Below the pieces are notes generated by a model. The model did not search any database and was not told the DNA's origin. It worked only from the letters and a program-made list of their open reading frames with translations. Positions 26,581 through 37,900 of a stretch of DNA of 64,000 bases are shown here, one piece after another (the first letter of the stretch is position 1; each line of letters begins with the position of its first letter). Source of the DNA: an uncultured Candidatus Saccharibacteria bacterium (GTDB taxonomy: Bacteria; Patescibacteriota; Dojkabacteria; SC72). The translations under genes and the position numbers were made by a program. The stretch spans positions 250,898-314,897 of the forward strand of contig CAZEQZ010000002.1 in NCBI GenBank assembly GCA_964514595.1, in the 5' to 3' direction.

Positions 26581-28865
26581 TCTTCTGAGACTTCTTCCTG
26601 GGTTTGACTATCCGTCGGTTCTGTATCCTTGCTTATTGCATTAAGTTGCTTTGTTATCTCGGTATACACATCCACGTTTGTATTTCCCTGAGTTTCCAAT
26701 ATCTTTTTTGCAGCCTTTAAATATGATTCATATATATCCATATTCCCCCTCTCTTTGTTAAGATCTCCTGCTAAAAGTATAGAGGGAATATGCTGAGGAT
26801 TTATACTTAAAACCTTAGTTAGAGATGCTAATGCATTATCCTTCTCTCCTTTTATTACGCTTATTTGAGCCATACTGTAGTGTAATTCGAAATTAAGAGG
26901 ATTAAGCTCTAAAGCTCTCTCCAAAGAGAACACTGCATCTGCTGTATAATCATAAAATCCCATACCCACTAACCCCATGTATATCCTAGCTCTGGCCTCC
27001 CAATTTGCGTATATATTAGGAGATATATCTATACTTTTTCTTGTAGAATCTATTACGGCATTTCTCCATGTACCTACATTCCTTATTAAATCTTGATTGT
27101 TTTCATCTTCTTCGGACTTAGAGTATTTTTCCGCTGCAATCCCAACTCTTTCTAAGTACATTGATCCCTTCCTTCTATTATATAAAGGGTTGTTTCTGTC
27201 GAAATCTACCGCCTTGGAATAGAAATGAGCCATAGATGCGACGAAAGCTTCCCTCTCTTCAATTGTAGGATAAACATCTCCTTGGTACTTTTTGTTCTGT
27301 TCAACAAAGAAGGATTCTGCCTTTAATGCATACGCACTAGCAATCCCCTTAGATATCCAGACTCCGAATATTGCAATTGTGATAACTGACATTAATATTG
27401 TTACAAAAGTATTCAAACCACTACCAGATCTTCCCCTTTGTCCCACCAAATTCAAATTAGCAGCCCAAAGTTTAATTACGAACCTATCCTCAGTACCCTT
27501 TTTAAGTATATCTTTTGTTATTGCTCTTAAACTTACCAATGTCAAAAGAAGAAATACAACTATTACAGAGTATGTAACAAAGTATGATGATATATATATT
27601 GTCAGAAGCGAGAGATTTATTATTAAGAGCCTCCAGCTATTTGAGTGATCCGTATGGGATTTTATGTTTCTCAAATCCGTTATGAACACCTTAACTATCG
27701 AAAACCCTAGAAAGAGCCATACCAAAAACCAAGCTAATCCACCATTCGCAAACTGAGTAAAGACCTCACTTCCTGCATAATAAAAGGTGACTTGATTGAA
27801 AGCTAGCAAATTTACATTAAGAGGTTTGTATAGGTAATAGGCTGTTGAAAATGCATCAACTCCAACACCAAAAATACCCCTTACAAAAGATTCTACAAAT
27901 ACAGAGGCTGCTATTATCCAAGAAACGTCAGATCCTAAGGAAACTTGGGATACCAAGTCCATGCTATCAGGAATTACTAGATTTAAGACTGCAGGAATGT
28001 GCAGAAGGATTGCAGGTATCAATACAGCTAGTATCACTATTATACAAAGAAGAAAAATATTTTTAGAGACATTTACTTGCAACTTTATTCTTTTTAATAC
28101 AAGTAGGGAGAATAGAATCAAAAGAAAGAGTGTTACTAGTAATAGATTGAAACCCTGTTTGATTGAGAAGAGCCATATGTTAATTATTGATGCGGAACCA
28201 AATATTATAGCTAAGATATATTTCGTCTCTTTTCCTTTCTGTATAAAATGCTCCCCGGCGAGTCCTATGCAGAATATCAAATTAATAATATTGACGAGAA
28301 TATGCACCTTAGCTGATCTTAATATTGGGAGACCAAATTGATGAAGATCCCTATATACTGGAATTAGTCCCCACACATTGACACCTAAAAAGGATAGAAA
28401 ACTGAGAATATTATTTAAGAAAAATCCTGCCATAAATGAGAAAAGTGTATATCTCATATCTCGATCATCCTTTATAAATGATCGGGCAATTATCGTTACA
28501 AAAAGTATACATATAAAAACGATCAGTCCATTTCCTAATCTTCCATCCACACCCCATATGCTCGAATTAATATCCTTAGAGAATATTGTGGAAAAGAGCA
28601 TAGAGAGAAGCAGTGTAAAGAAACATATATCTAGAGAGCTTTTCAATATGCTAGTTTTACCTTCTAATAGAAGCTTGGTTACTTCTAAACCTAGGATTAT
28701 TGTAGAGAACGAGAGTATAAGTAAAGACATACTTCTTTCGGTCCAATCCCAAGGAAATGGCATTATTGCTAAGGGCAACAGAAACATTAAGCCCCAAAAA
28801 ACATACTTCTGAATAATAGGAATCGTGAATTTTGTACTACGATTCAATTTTGGATCTTGTAGCAT
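26535..28865 (-). CDS. O-antigen-ligase-like (Wzy_C-type) polytopic membrane protein with C-terminal TPR repeats
   Basis: 776 aa; ~12 TM helices in first ~500 aa; C-terminal repeats (…ALELNPLNFELHYSMAQISVIKGEKDNALASLTKVLSINPQH…) typical of TPR. Confidence 0.5.
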   Translation of the reverse strand: MLQDPKLNRSTKFTIPIIQKYVFWGLMFLLPLAIMPFPWDWTERSMSLLILSFSTIILGLEVTKLLLEGKTSILKSSLDICFFTLLLSMLFSTIFSKDINSSIWGVDGRLGNGLIVFICILFVTIIARSFIKDDRDMRYTLFSFMAGFFLNNILSFLSFLGVNVWGLIPVYRDLHQFGLPILRSAKVHILVNIINLIFCIGLAGEHFIQKGKETKYILAIIFGSASIINIWLFSIKQGFNLLLVTLFLLILFSLLVLKRIKLQVNVSKNIFLLCIIVILAVLIPAILLHIPAVLNLVIPDSMDLVSQVSLGSDVSWIIAASVFVESFVRGIFGVGVDAFSTAYYLYKPLNVNLLAFNQVTFYYAGSEVFTQFANGGLAWFLVWLFLGFSIVKVFITDLRNIKSHTDHSNSWRLLIINLSLLTIYISSYFVTYSVIVVFLLLTLVSLRAITKDILKKGTEDRFVIKLWAANLNLVGQRGRSGSGLNTFVTILMSVITIAIFGVWISKGIASAYALKAESFFVEQNKKYQGDVYPTIEEREAFVASMAHFYSKAVDFDRNNPLYNRRKGSMYLERVGIAAEKYSKSEEDENNQDLIRNVGTWRNAVIDSTRKSIDISPNIYANWEARARIYMGLVGMGFYDYTADAVFSLERALELNPLNFELHYSMAQISVIKGEKDNALASLTKVLSINPQHIPSILLAGDLNKERGNMDIYESYLKAAKKILETQGNTNVDVYTEITKQLNAISKDTEPTDSQTQEEVSEDQEDPTPSSESEDSE

Positions 28866-28912
28866 AAATGGCAGTAACGATATATTTAATCAATAAATGC
28901 TACCATAAATAG

Positions 28913-28937
28913 AAAGGGAGACCAACTGTCTCCCTTT
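28913..28937 (-). terminator. rho-independent terminator of the hrcA-grpE-dnaK operon (AAAGGGAGAC-AGTTG-GTCTCCCTTT then T-rich)
   Basis: Perfect 7-bp GC-rich stem with 5-nt loop; U-tract on minus strand; 18 nt after dnaK stop. Confidence 0.65.
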
Positions 28938-28954
28938 CCTTCATTTAGCAGAGC

Positions 28955-30856
28955 CTATTTTTCATCTACTACTTCGCCTTCCTTAACTTCTTCTTCATCC
29001 TTTCTCTCTTGATTATCCTCATCTTCTTCCTTTTTCTCCTCTTTACTGACCTGCTCGTACATCTTCTTTCCCACTTCTTGCATAATCTCAGAGAGCTTTT
29101 CTGTTTTTTCTTCAACCTCTTTTTCATCGAAGTCTTCTTTCTCTATAAGCTTCTTTAATTCCTCTGCCTCCTTTTCCATTTGCTCCCTATCCGTTTGATC
29201 GATCTTATCCTTATTCTCTTTTATAAGTTTCTCTACACTGAAGCATAATGTGTCCGCATTATTCCTTTTCTCAGCTCTCTCCCTTTTTTTCTTATCTTCC
29301 TCTGCATGTTTCTCTGCCTCTTCTACCATTTTTTCTATTTCCTCATCCTTCAAACCTGTGGATGCGGTGATTGTGATTTTCTGCTCTTTCTTCGTTGCCA
29401 AATCTACTGCTTTCACATTCAATATTCCATTAGCATCTATAGAAAAAGTAACCTCTATTTGAGGAACTCCTCTGGGTGCAGGTGGAATTCCATCCAAGAT
29501 AAATCTTCCCAAGGTTTTGTTATCAGAAGCCATTTCTCTTTCACCTTGAAGTATGTGTATCTCAACTCCTGGTTGATTATCTGCTGCCGTTGAAAATATC
29601 TGTTTTTTCTCAACAGGAATGGTTGTGTTCCTATCTATTAATTTTGTCATAACTCCACCCAAGGTTTCCAAACCTAAAGATAAGGGAGTTACATCCAAGA
29701 GTGTTATATCTTTAACATCTCCTCCTAAAACTCCTGCCTGTATAGCTGCTCCAACACCCACAATTTCGTCTGGATTTACACCTTTATTTGGTTCTTTCCC
29801 AAATATCTCCTCCACCTTTTTGATTATTGCAGGCATTCTAGTCATACCACCTACTAGCAATACCTCATTTATTTCCTCCTTTTTCAATTTGGCATCCTTA
29901 AGAGCTTTTTCGCATGGGGCTACTGTCTTCTCTATCAAATCTGATGTTATCTTCTCAAGCTCTGATCTTGTTAATTTCTCTTTAAGATGTTTTGGTCCTT
30001 TATCTGTAGCTGTTATATATGGAACATTCACATCAGTTTCTTCTGATGTGGAGAGCTCTATTTTGGCTTTTTCTGCTGCCTCTCTTAGTCTCTGAAGTGC
30101 TGTTCTATCATCTCTTAGATCAAAATTTTCCTTTGCTTTGAATGCATCAGCTAGATGATCTATTATTACCTGATCGAAATCATCCCCTCCTAGGTGTGTA
30201 TCACCATTAGTAGAGAGAACTTCAAACACTCCATCACCCATTTCTAAAATAGAGATATCGAATGTACCACCTCCCAGGTCAAATATTGCTACTTTTTCGT
30301 CCTTCCCTTTCTCTATACCGTATGCCAGTGCAGCTGCAGTAGGTTCATTTACTATTCTTTTTACTGTTAATCCAGCAATCTTCCCCGCATCCTTTGTTGC
30401 TTGTCTTTGAGAGTCATCAAAATATGCAGGTACCGTTATTACAGCCTCCTTAACTTCTTCCCCAAGGAATTCTTCCGCATCTTTCTTCATTTTTGCAAGA
30501 ATCTTTGCAGATATCTCCTGAGGTGTATACCATTTACTCCCCATCTTAACCTCAACTCCACCACTATCTGATTTTCTCATTTCAAAAGGAAGTAATTCTT
30601 TATCTCTTTTTACCTCTGGATCGTCCCAAGATCTACCAATTAACCTCTTAACAGAGTATATGGTACCTTCTGGGTTTGTAATGGCCTGGTTTTTTGCAGG
30701 GGTACCAACAAGGACCTCTCCCTTTTCATCCTCTGCTACTACAGATGGTGTTAATCTACCACCCTGAGCATTTGGTATTACATTGGGCTTACCACCCTCC
30801 ATATAGGCCATAACCGAGTTAGTGGTTCCCAAATCTATTCCTATTATTTTTGACAT
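28955..30856 (-). CDS. dnaK: molecular chaperone DnaK (Hsp70)
   Basis: 633 aa; [19 protein letters not shown]; acidic EEKK-rich C-terminus. Confidence 0.95.
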   Translation of the reverse strand: MSKIIGIDLGTTNSVMAYMEGGKPNVIPNAQGGRLTPSVVAEDEKGEVLVGTPAKNQAITNPEGTIYSVKRLIGRSWDDPEVKRDKELLPFEMRKSDSGGVEVKMGSKWYTPQEISAKILAKMKKDAEEFLGEEVKEAVITVPAYFDDSQRQATKDAGKIAGLTVKRIVNEPTAAALAYGIEKGKDEKVAIFDLGGGTFDISILEMGDGVFEVLSTNGDTHLGGDDFDQVIIDHLADAFKAKENFDLRDDRTALQRLREAAEKAKIELSTSEETDVNVPYITATDKGPKHLKEKLTRSELEKITSDLIEKTVAPCEKALKDAKLKKEEINEVLLVGGMTRMPAIIKKVEEIFGKEPNKGVNPDEIVGVGAAIQAGVLGGDVKDITLLDVTPLSLGLETLGGVMTKLIDRNTTIPVEKKQIFSTAADNQPGVEIHILQGEREMASDNKTLGRFILDGIPPAPRGVPQIEVTFSIDANGILNVKAVDLATKKEQKITITASTGLKDEEIEKMVEEAEKHAEEDKKKRERAEKRNNADTLCFSVEKLIKENKDKIDQTDREQMEKEAEELKKLIEKEDFDEKEVEEKTEKLSEIMQEVGKKMYEQVSKEEKKEEDEDNQERKDEEEVKEGEVVDEK

Positions 30857-30881
30857 AATATTATTATTAAAAATTTAATTT

Positions 30882-31412
30882 CTATTTTGATACTACGACC
30901 CTTGATGGGCGTATTACAGTGTCATTTAATGTATATCCAGGTTGTACAACATCAAATATTTTTCCTTTCTCTCCTTCATCTACCATAGCCAATGCCTCAT
31001 GTATATTACTATCAAAATCATCTCCTTTATTAGGTATATACTGTTTCAATCCAATACTTTCTAAACTCCTATTTATACCTTCTAAAAGTGCTAGCACACC
31101 TTCAAACCAAGATTTATCCTTTTCATCCAATTTAATATCTTTTGCACCTTTTTGCGCAATCATTACTGCATCAAGTGAGGGGATTATTTCCTCACAAAGA
31201 TTTTTCTTTGTCTGGAAAAATTTTAATTCTTCCCTTTTTTCAGAATTCTTAACAAGGTTATGATAGTCTGCTAATGCTTTTTTAAGTTGATTCTGTATCT
31301 CTAATTTCTCATCTTCAACTCTATCTATAGCTAGTGCTAACTCCTGTATCTTTGCTTCTAAATCTTCCACTTTTAATGTCTTCTTCTGTTTTTTATTTGT
31401 TTCTTTAGTCAT
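30882..31412 (-). CDS. grpE: nucleotide exchange factor GrpE
   Basis: 176 aa; coiled-coil N-terminus and GrpE C-terminal beta domain; sits between hrcA and dnaK. Confidence 0.85.
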   Translation of the reverse strand: MTKETNKKQKKTLKVEDLEAKIQELALAIDRVEDEKLEIQNQLKKALADYHNLVKNSEKREELKFFQTKKNLCEEIIPSLDAVMIAQKGAKDIKLDEKDKSWFEGVLALLEGINRSLESIGLKQYIPNKGDDFDSNIHEALAMVDEGEKGKIFDVVQPGYTLNDTVIRPSRVVVSK

Positions 31413-31429
31413 TTCTTTAATTAATCAAA

Positions 31430-32155
31430 TTATCTCCAGCCAGATGTAGAGCTCTCCAATGCATTTTTAACTTCATTTAAAGCCGGCAATACCTTTGCAT
31501 AGTCCATTCTCTTTGAACCTATTACACCAACATATGATTTCTCTTTCCCCCAAAAAGGAACTTTTGTGAAAGCTATGGCACAATTCGCTAAATTATCTAT
31601 TCCTGATTCCTGTCCAATTAAAAGAGATACACCGGAGCTAGAGTATTTCTCCACTAAATTTCTAAGGAATGTTTCATCTTCCAATATATCTATAACTGTT
31701 TCAATTCTTTCCACATCTCTAAATTCGTCATATTTCAAAAGATTTGATATCCCATATCCCCTGATATCATCATCTAGTATGATGAAGACTAATGCCTCTG
31801 TTTCCTTTGAGAGAACCTTCAGTATTGATCTAATTACAGTTTCTTTCGAGAATCTATCCCTAAAGATCTCCTGCCTAATCTCAACAGTTACAAGTGGGCT
31901 AAGACCATTTCTATCTAGAAATTTAGTTACATACAACCTCAACGCTTGATCTGTTGGGAGTCTTCCTGAAGATATATGGCTTTTTTCCAAAAGGCCCAAT
32001 CTCATTAATCTGACCATTTCGTTTCTAATGGTTGCCGAGCTTACTCCTAAATCATATTTTTCTAAAAGAGCAAGCGATCCTACTTCAGAAGCTTCCTGCA
32101 TAAACTCCTTTATCACGGCCATTAGTATGGCTTTTTGTCTTTCTGTTAAATCCAT
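31430..32155 (-). CDS. hrcA: heat-inducible transcription repressor HrcA (short form)
   Basis: 241 aa; N-terminal winged helix MDLTERQKAILMAVIKEF…LGVSSATIRNEM; first gene of the grpE-dnaK operon. Confidence 0.75.
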   Translation of the reverse strand: MDLTERQKAILMAVIKEFMQEASEVGSLALLEKYDLGVSSATIRNEMVRLMRLGLLEKSHISSGRLPTDQALRLYVTKFLDRNGLSPLVTVEIRQEIFRDRFSKETVIRSILKVLSKETEALVFIILDDDIRGYGISNLLKYDEFRDVERIETVIDILEDETFLRNLVEKYSSSGVSLLIGQESGIDNLANCAIAFTKVPFWGKEKSYVGVIGSKRMDYAKVLPALNEVKNALESSTSGWR

Positions 32156-32156
32156 T

Positions 32157-32183
32157 TTAGCAAAAGATGAGATTAACTGCTAA
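32157..32183. promoter_or_regulatory. degenerate CIRCE-like HrcA operator (TTAGCAAAA-N9-AACTGCTAA) abutting the hrcA start codon
   Basis: 13/18 match to CIRCE consensus with perfect TTAGCA/TGCTAA arms; same architecture as the groES element. Confidence 0.5.
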
Positions 32184-32268
32184 AGTATAGAGGAAGATTA
32201 TTGAACTGTCAACAGTTCCCCAATACCTGTTGCTCCTTAATTCTTTTTCTGATATACTCCTACTCGTT

Positions 32269-32949
32269 ATGGAAAAAATCACATTTCAAAAAAGAGAGAT
32301 TCAGGGGAAGAAAAGTAAAAAGCTGTATGAGGAAGGATTTATTCCTGCTGTTGTTTATAATTCAAAAGGAGAATCTAGAAATATCCAAATTACATCATCC
32401 GAGGCTGTAAAAATAACTAAGGAAGCTACTTCCACCACCATTCTTGATGCTGATCTAGATGGGAAGATTTTGAAGGTTTTGGTTAAAGAAATTGATGTTA
32501 ATCCATTAACTGAGCAGATTAGACATATTGCATTCTTTGAAATTGACGAAAGCAAAGAGATGGTCTTTACAATACCATTTGAGATTGTTGGAGTATCTCC
32601 TGCTGTTAAGAATAACTTAGGAATTTTAGTAGATGTTCTTAATTCTATTGATGTTAGATGTAAGCTTTCTGCACTTGTTCCATTTATTGAGATAGATGTC
32701 ACAAAGCTTGAGCACCCAGGTCAGTCTATTTCTGTTAATGAAATTAATATCCCGGAGGGTATGGCCTTGGTTAACGATGAGCTTGCAACCGCTACCATTG
32801 TGACAATTACAGAACTCCAAGAAGAAGTAATCATTGAGCCTGAGGTTGTAGAGGGAGAAGAAGGTGAAGGTGTAGAGGGCGAAGAGGGAGAAGAAGGCAC
32901 AAATGAAGGAGCAGAAGGCCAAGGGGAAAGCGAAGAGAAGGAGGAGTAA
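32269..32949 (+). CDS. rplY: 50S ribosomal protein L25 / general stress protein Ctc with acidic Glu/Gly-rich C-terminal tail (ORF may start at 32230)
   Basis: FQKREIQGKKSKKLYEEGFIPAVVYNSKG matches L25 N-terminus; C-terminal EGEEGEGVEGEEGEEG low-complexity repeat. Confidence 0.7.
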   Translation: MEKITFQKREIQGKKSKKLYEEGFIPAVVYNSKGESRNIQITSSEAVKITKEATSTTILDADLDGKILKVLVKEIDVNPLTEQIRHIAFFEIDESKEMVFTIPFEIVGVSPAVKNNLGILVDVLNSIDVRCKLSALVPFIEIDVTKLEHPGQSISVNEINIPEGMALVNDELATATIVTITELQEEVIIEPEVVEGEEGEGVEGEEGEEGTNEGAEGQGESEEKEE

Positions 32950-32985
32950 TCTTTCATATTTCATAAAGTCCTTGTATAATTACAT

Positions 32986-33927
32986 ATGATATCTGTAATC
33001 ATTACCTCTTTTAAGGAACCAAAGACCATTAGAAAATGCATTTCATCAATTGCAGATAGAAAATATTCAGGGATACCAAATCCGTTTGAGATTATACAGG
33101 TCTCCCCAGATGAGCTAACCTTAAAACAGGGGAGAAAAGAGGCTAATAGACTCAAATTATCTAAAAAACAGTATGTTCAGGTGGTCGATCCTAAAAAAGG
33201 GAAGCCTTTTGCCCTTAAGATGGCACTGAAGAAAGCTAGGGGGGAAATAATTATATTAACAGATGGAGATGTTTATTTTGAAAGAGGTGCTGTAGAGGAG
33301 TTAATTAAGCCATTTGAGAATAAAAACATTGGAGGTGTGAGTGGAAGACCGGCTTCGCAGGATAGTCGGGATAATTGTTTTGGGTATTGGGGACATTTAC
33401 TTTCTGACTCCGCAGATCATAGAAGGAAAGGAACCATGAATGCGGTTGAAGGAAAAGAGTATTACGTTAGTGGGGAAAATTTTTTTCCTATGAGTGGATA
33501 TATCATGGCAGTGAGGAACATGAATATTGATATTCCTAAGGATGTTCTTTCTGATGATGCATATATCTCCTATTTTATTAGAAATAAGGGATTGGATATT
33601 GCTTACGCACCAAGGGCAGTTAGTTATGTTAAATATCCTACTAATTTAAGGGATTATTACAAGCAAAAAATACGTTCTTTGGGTGGATTTAAACAATTGA
33701 AGAGAATGGGAATATTTCAGAGAGATAGACAGAGTAGGAGTTTTTTAATAGAGCTAACTTATGCTTTTTATGTACTCCGGTATCCTGAAAATTTGAGGGA
33801 ATTTTGGTGGTCATTGCTCCTGTTCCCGGTTAGGTTGATAACTTGGATTAGAATTGTTTGGGAGAGGGATATTTTGAAAAAAGGTATGCCCAAAGGAGGC
33901 TGGGAAAGAATAGAAAGTACGAAGTGA
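32986..33927 (+). CDS. family 2 glycosyltransferase
   Basis: 313 aa; GT-A motifs …IIILTDGDVYFERG… (DxD) and GGVSGRP. Confidence 0.7.
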   Translation: MISVIITSFKEPKTIRKCISSIADRKYSGIPNPFEIIQVSPDELTLKQGRKEANRLKLSKKQYVQVVDPKKGKPFALKMALKKARGEIIILTDGDVYFERGAVEELIKPFENKNIGGVSGRPASQDSRDNCFGYWGHLLSDSADHRRKGTMNAVEGKEYYVSGENFFPMSGYIMAVRNMNIDIPKDVLSDDAYISYFIRNKGLDIAYAPRAVSYVKYPTNLRDYYKQKIRSLGGFKQLKRMGIFQRDRQSRSFLIELTYAFYVLRYPENLREFWWSLLLFPVRLITWIRIVWERDILKKGMPKGGWERIESTK

Positions 33928-34022
33928 CAAAGATTCTGACACCCCTATAATATATTAAATCTTTGAAAGAGTATCTGTATAGTTGCTACATTAATACGGG
34001 TTTATGTACAAACCGGACGTAG

Positions 34023-34493
34023 TTACCACCTGAAGTGTGCAAATGCTTTATTTGCCTCTGCCATCTTCTCGGTATCAATCTTTTTCTTAACTGCATCTCC
34101 CTCTCCCTTGTATGCGTTTACCAATTCTGTTTGTAATAGTTGTTCAAATGATTTTCCTGATTTATTCCTTGTATTATCTACTATCCATCTAACAGCTAAA
34201 GCTTCCTGCCTTCTTGGCATCACAGGCATAGGTACTTGGTAGTTTGCTCCCCCTACTCTCCTTGCTTTTATTTCTAATGCCGGCCTTACATTATCTATAG
34301 CTTTATTAATGAAGCTGTTAATATCTTTCTCTTTAACTTCTTCTGCTCCTTGCTCTATTGCCGTATAAACCATACTCTCAGCAAGAGATTTTTTACCGTC
34401 TTGCATTACCTTATTAATAAGTCTGGATATAATTATATTTCCATACTTTTTATCTGGTTTTTGTTCTCTTCTTTTTGCTCTTTTTCCTCTCAT
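34023..34493 (-). CDS. rpsG: 30S ribosomal protein S7
   Basis: 156 aa; canonical S7 sequence. Confidence 0.9.
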   Translation of the reverse strand: MRGKRAKRREQKPDKKYGNIIISRLINKVMQDGKKSLAESMVYTAIEQGAEEVKEKDINSFINKAIDNVRPALEIKARRVGGANYQVPMPVMPRRQEALAVRWIVDNTRNKSGKSFEQLLQTELVNAYKGEGDAVKKKIDTEKMAEANKAFAHFRW

Positions 34494-34511
34494 AATAGTT
34501 ATTAATTAAAT

Positions 34512-34931
34512 CTAATCATGTATATCTTCTTTCTTAACACCGTATTTTGATCTTGCTTTCTTTCTTCCCTTTACTCCTGCTGTATCATACTTTCCTCTCA
34601 CTACTATGTATTTAACTCCAGGGAGGTCTCTTTTTCTACCTGCTTTTACTAAAACAACTGAGTGTTCTTGAAGGTTATGTCCTTCTCCTGGAATGTATGC
34701 TGTTACTTCCATACCGTTAGAAAGCCTCACCCTTGCTACTTTTCTGAGAGCTGAGTTAGGCTTTTTAGGTGTCATTGTTTTAACTTGTAGGCATACCCCT
34801 CTTTTAAAAGGATTAGGGGTCTTTTTATACCTATTTTTCAAAGGATTGAAGTTTCTAGCTAACTGTATGTGTTTAGCTTTCTTCCCTTTCTTCTTTCTTG
34901 GTTTTCTTGTTAGTTGATTTATTGTTGGCAT
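34512..34931 (-). CDS. rpsL: 30S ribosomal protein S12
   Basis: 139 aa; …[39 protein letters not shown]… canonical S12. Confidence 0.9.
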   Translation of the reverse strand: MPTINQLTRKPRKKKGKKAKHIQLARNFNPLKNRYKKTPNPFKRGVCLQVKTMTPKKPNSALRKVARVRLSNGMEVTAYIPGEGHNLQEHSVVLVKAGRKRDLPGVKYIVVRGKYDTAGVKGRKKARSKYGVKKEDIHD

Positions 34932-34957
34932 AGCTCGCTATTATATATCAAATTTGT

Positions 34958-37900
34958 TTAAAAATTAAGCTCTGGGACTTCTCTTATGTCTTCTATTTCG
35001 GCCCCTTCTCCTACCGGTATTGGTCTTCCTATTATTACATTTTCTTTCATTCCTCTTAAGAAGTCGGTCTTTCCTAATATAGCGGTACTTGTTAGTACTC
35101 TTACATGCTCTTGGAATGACATCGCAGAGAGGAAGCTTTCTGTATACAAGGATGATGCCTTTATACCAAGTAATTTAGGAATTATCAATGCTTTGTTCTT
35201 TCCTTCTTCCAAAAGAAGATCGTTCTTAGCTTCTGCTAGGAATCTATTTACCAATGAACCTACTAGGTAGTCTGAATCTCCTGATTCAAATACTCTACCA
35301 AGTCTCATCATTTGTCTTAGGATTATTTCAATATGGATATCATCTATTGGTACCCCTTGTTCGTTGAATACTTTTTGGACACCATCCAATATATATTTCT
35401 GTGCGGTTAAGACATCTGATACTTCAGATAATTTCTTAGGATCCACAGAGCCCTCTGTTAACTGAGTTCCTGCCTTAATCGTTTGACCGTCCTCCACTAG
35501 GATTGATACTCCTGGGAGTACTGATACTATTTCTTCTGCCTTTATATTACCTTCAACTGTCAAGATACCTCCTTCTATAGAAACCTTCGAATCAAATGGA
35601 GCCTGTCTTTCAACTTCCTCTGCATCTATGTATATAACTTGTCCAGACTTAACGCTTTGGCCATCTTCTACTAATACTTTCTTAGCCTTTGATATTACAT
35701 AGTATCTAACCATTCTTTTCTCTCCAGTAATAGTTATAACTGCTGACTCGTCTTCAGCTACCTCTATGTGTATCTTTCCGTCAATTGAGGCTACTTCTGC
35801 TTCTGCCTTTGGAGTTCTAGCTTCAAACAGCTCTTCTATTCTTGGAAGACCCTGTGTTATGTCTACCTTTGCAACACCTCCTTTATGGAATGTCTGCATA
35901 GTCATCTGCGTACCAGGCTCTCCTATGGACTGAGCTGCAATTACACCCACTGCTTTACCCATTTCTATTTCTTGCCCATTTTCGAGGTTTGTACCGTAAC
36001 ATTTCTTACAGATTCCCAATGGTGCTTCACAAAGTATTGGAGTTCTAACATATATTTCCTCAATATTTTCCTTTTCTATTATTTCTGCTATCTCCTTTGT
36101 TATAGTCTCATTCTTCTTAGCGATTGTCTCCTTTCCTTTTTTAATATCTTGAGCCAATACCCTACCATATACTCTTGATTTAAAATCTATTCTTCTATCA
36201 TCTTCTTTTCTCATAATGAAGCCCTCGCCTTCGTAGCCACAATCCTCTGTTCTAACAATCACATCGTGGGCTACATCTACGAGTTTTCTGGTTAGGTACC
36301 CAGATGAAGATGTCTTTAGTGATCTATCTGCAATACCTTTCCTTCCTCCGTTTGCAGCTACAAAGTACTCAAATGCACTGAGTCCATCTCTATAGTTACT
36401 TTTAATAGGCATAGGTACCCAGTTACCTCTAGAGTCTCTAACAACACCCTTTATGGTTAATACTTGTCTTGCTTGAATTTTTCCTCCATTCCCACCTGAC
36501 TCAACCATCTGATATATTGAATTATCCTTGTCTAGCTTCTCCCATGCTTGGTCTGCCAATTCATTTGCAAAATCATCCCACATACCAGTAGATATGGTGA
36601 TTTTCTCACTCTTAGTCATGAGACCTTGCAGATAGTTTTCCTGAAGTTGCTCATCTTTCTCTTCCATTTTCTTAATTTCTGTTTCTAGATCAAAATCAAC
36701 CTTACAATCACCCATTGAGAAGGAAAATCCTAAATCTGTCGCATATTTAAATCCTAAGAGTTTAAGAGCATCTAGTATTTCTACGACTTCTTCCAAGGAT
36801 CTATCTGTCTTAATATCATCTATTATTGTATTTACACTTTTAATATTTATCTGTTCATTAATATAGCCGTAGTCATCAGGGAGAACATTGTTAAATATAA
36901 CTCTTCCAACTGAGGTATTTACTGTATTTCCTTTTACTTTTACAACTATTTCCTCGTCTATTTTTATTAAATCTCTTTCATATGCCTTAATTGCTGTATT
37001 TGCATCTGCAAAAAGCTTAGGCTTCTCTACCTTCTTAAGATCTGTCATGAGGAAGAAACCAATTAACATATCTTTTGCTGGAGTAGCCAACACTTGTCCG
37101 TTAGATATATTGACAATACTTTTAGATGACATCATCTCCCTTTTCGCCTCCTCTTCTGCCTCTTTTGTCAAAAGGATATGCACAGCCATTTGGTCACCAT
37201 CGAAGTCCGCATTAAATGCCTTACATACTAGCGGGTGTATTCTAATTGCTTCTCCTTCTACTAGTTTTGGATAGAAGGCCTGTACGCTATATTTATGAAG
37301 AGTTGGGGCCCTATTCAACAATACAGGTCTATTCTTTATTACCTGCTCCAAGATATCCCAAATCATGTCTGATTCCTCTTCTACCATTTCCTTAGCTACC
37401 CTTACATTCGGTGCAAGCTCTCTGTCTAGAAGTTGGAAGATGACGAATGGTTTGAACATTTCTAATGCTACTGACTTAGGAAGTCCGCATTGGTCAAATT
37501 TAAGACTTGGATCTCCATCTATTACTGCTCTTCCTGAATAGTCGACTCTCTTTCCCAAAAGATTCTTTCTGAAGATACCTTTTTTACCTCTTAGATCATC
37601 TGTTAACGACTGATATGGTAATCGCTTGCTGTTCATCATTGGTTTAGATGGCCTATGAGAGTTGTCTATCAAAGCATCTACTGATTCCTGCAACATTCTC
37701 TTCTCGTTTCTTAAGATTACATCAGGAGCTCCTATCTCTATCAATTTTGCTAACCTGTTGTTTCTATTTATAATCCTTCTATAGAGATCGTTCAGGTCTG
37801 ATGTTGCAAATTTCCCTCCAGATAGAGGAATAATTGGTCTTAGCTCAGGAGGAAGTACAGGAAGTGTTTCTAAAACCATCCAAGCTGGATTTATACTATT

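Noticed and set aside
29250-30095. Plus-strand ORFs (29250-29462, 29306-29593, 29619-30095) antisense to dnaK
   Set aside because: Shadow ORFs inside a highly conserved gene, with Ser/Phe-rich composition typical of antisense frames. Similar shadows inside groEL (21223-22809), rpoC (34986-37274), rpoB (40627-41229), valS (59218-60681) and ftsK (42830-44512) were dismissed likewise.
33990-34010. Hairpin CGGGTTTatgtacAAACCGG after rpsG as an intrinsic terminator
   Set aside because: Only a 5-bp clean stem with a G·G mismatch and no U-tract. Too weak to call as a feature, though it may contribute to termination.
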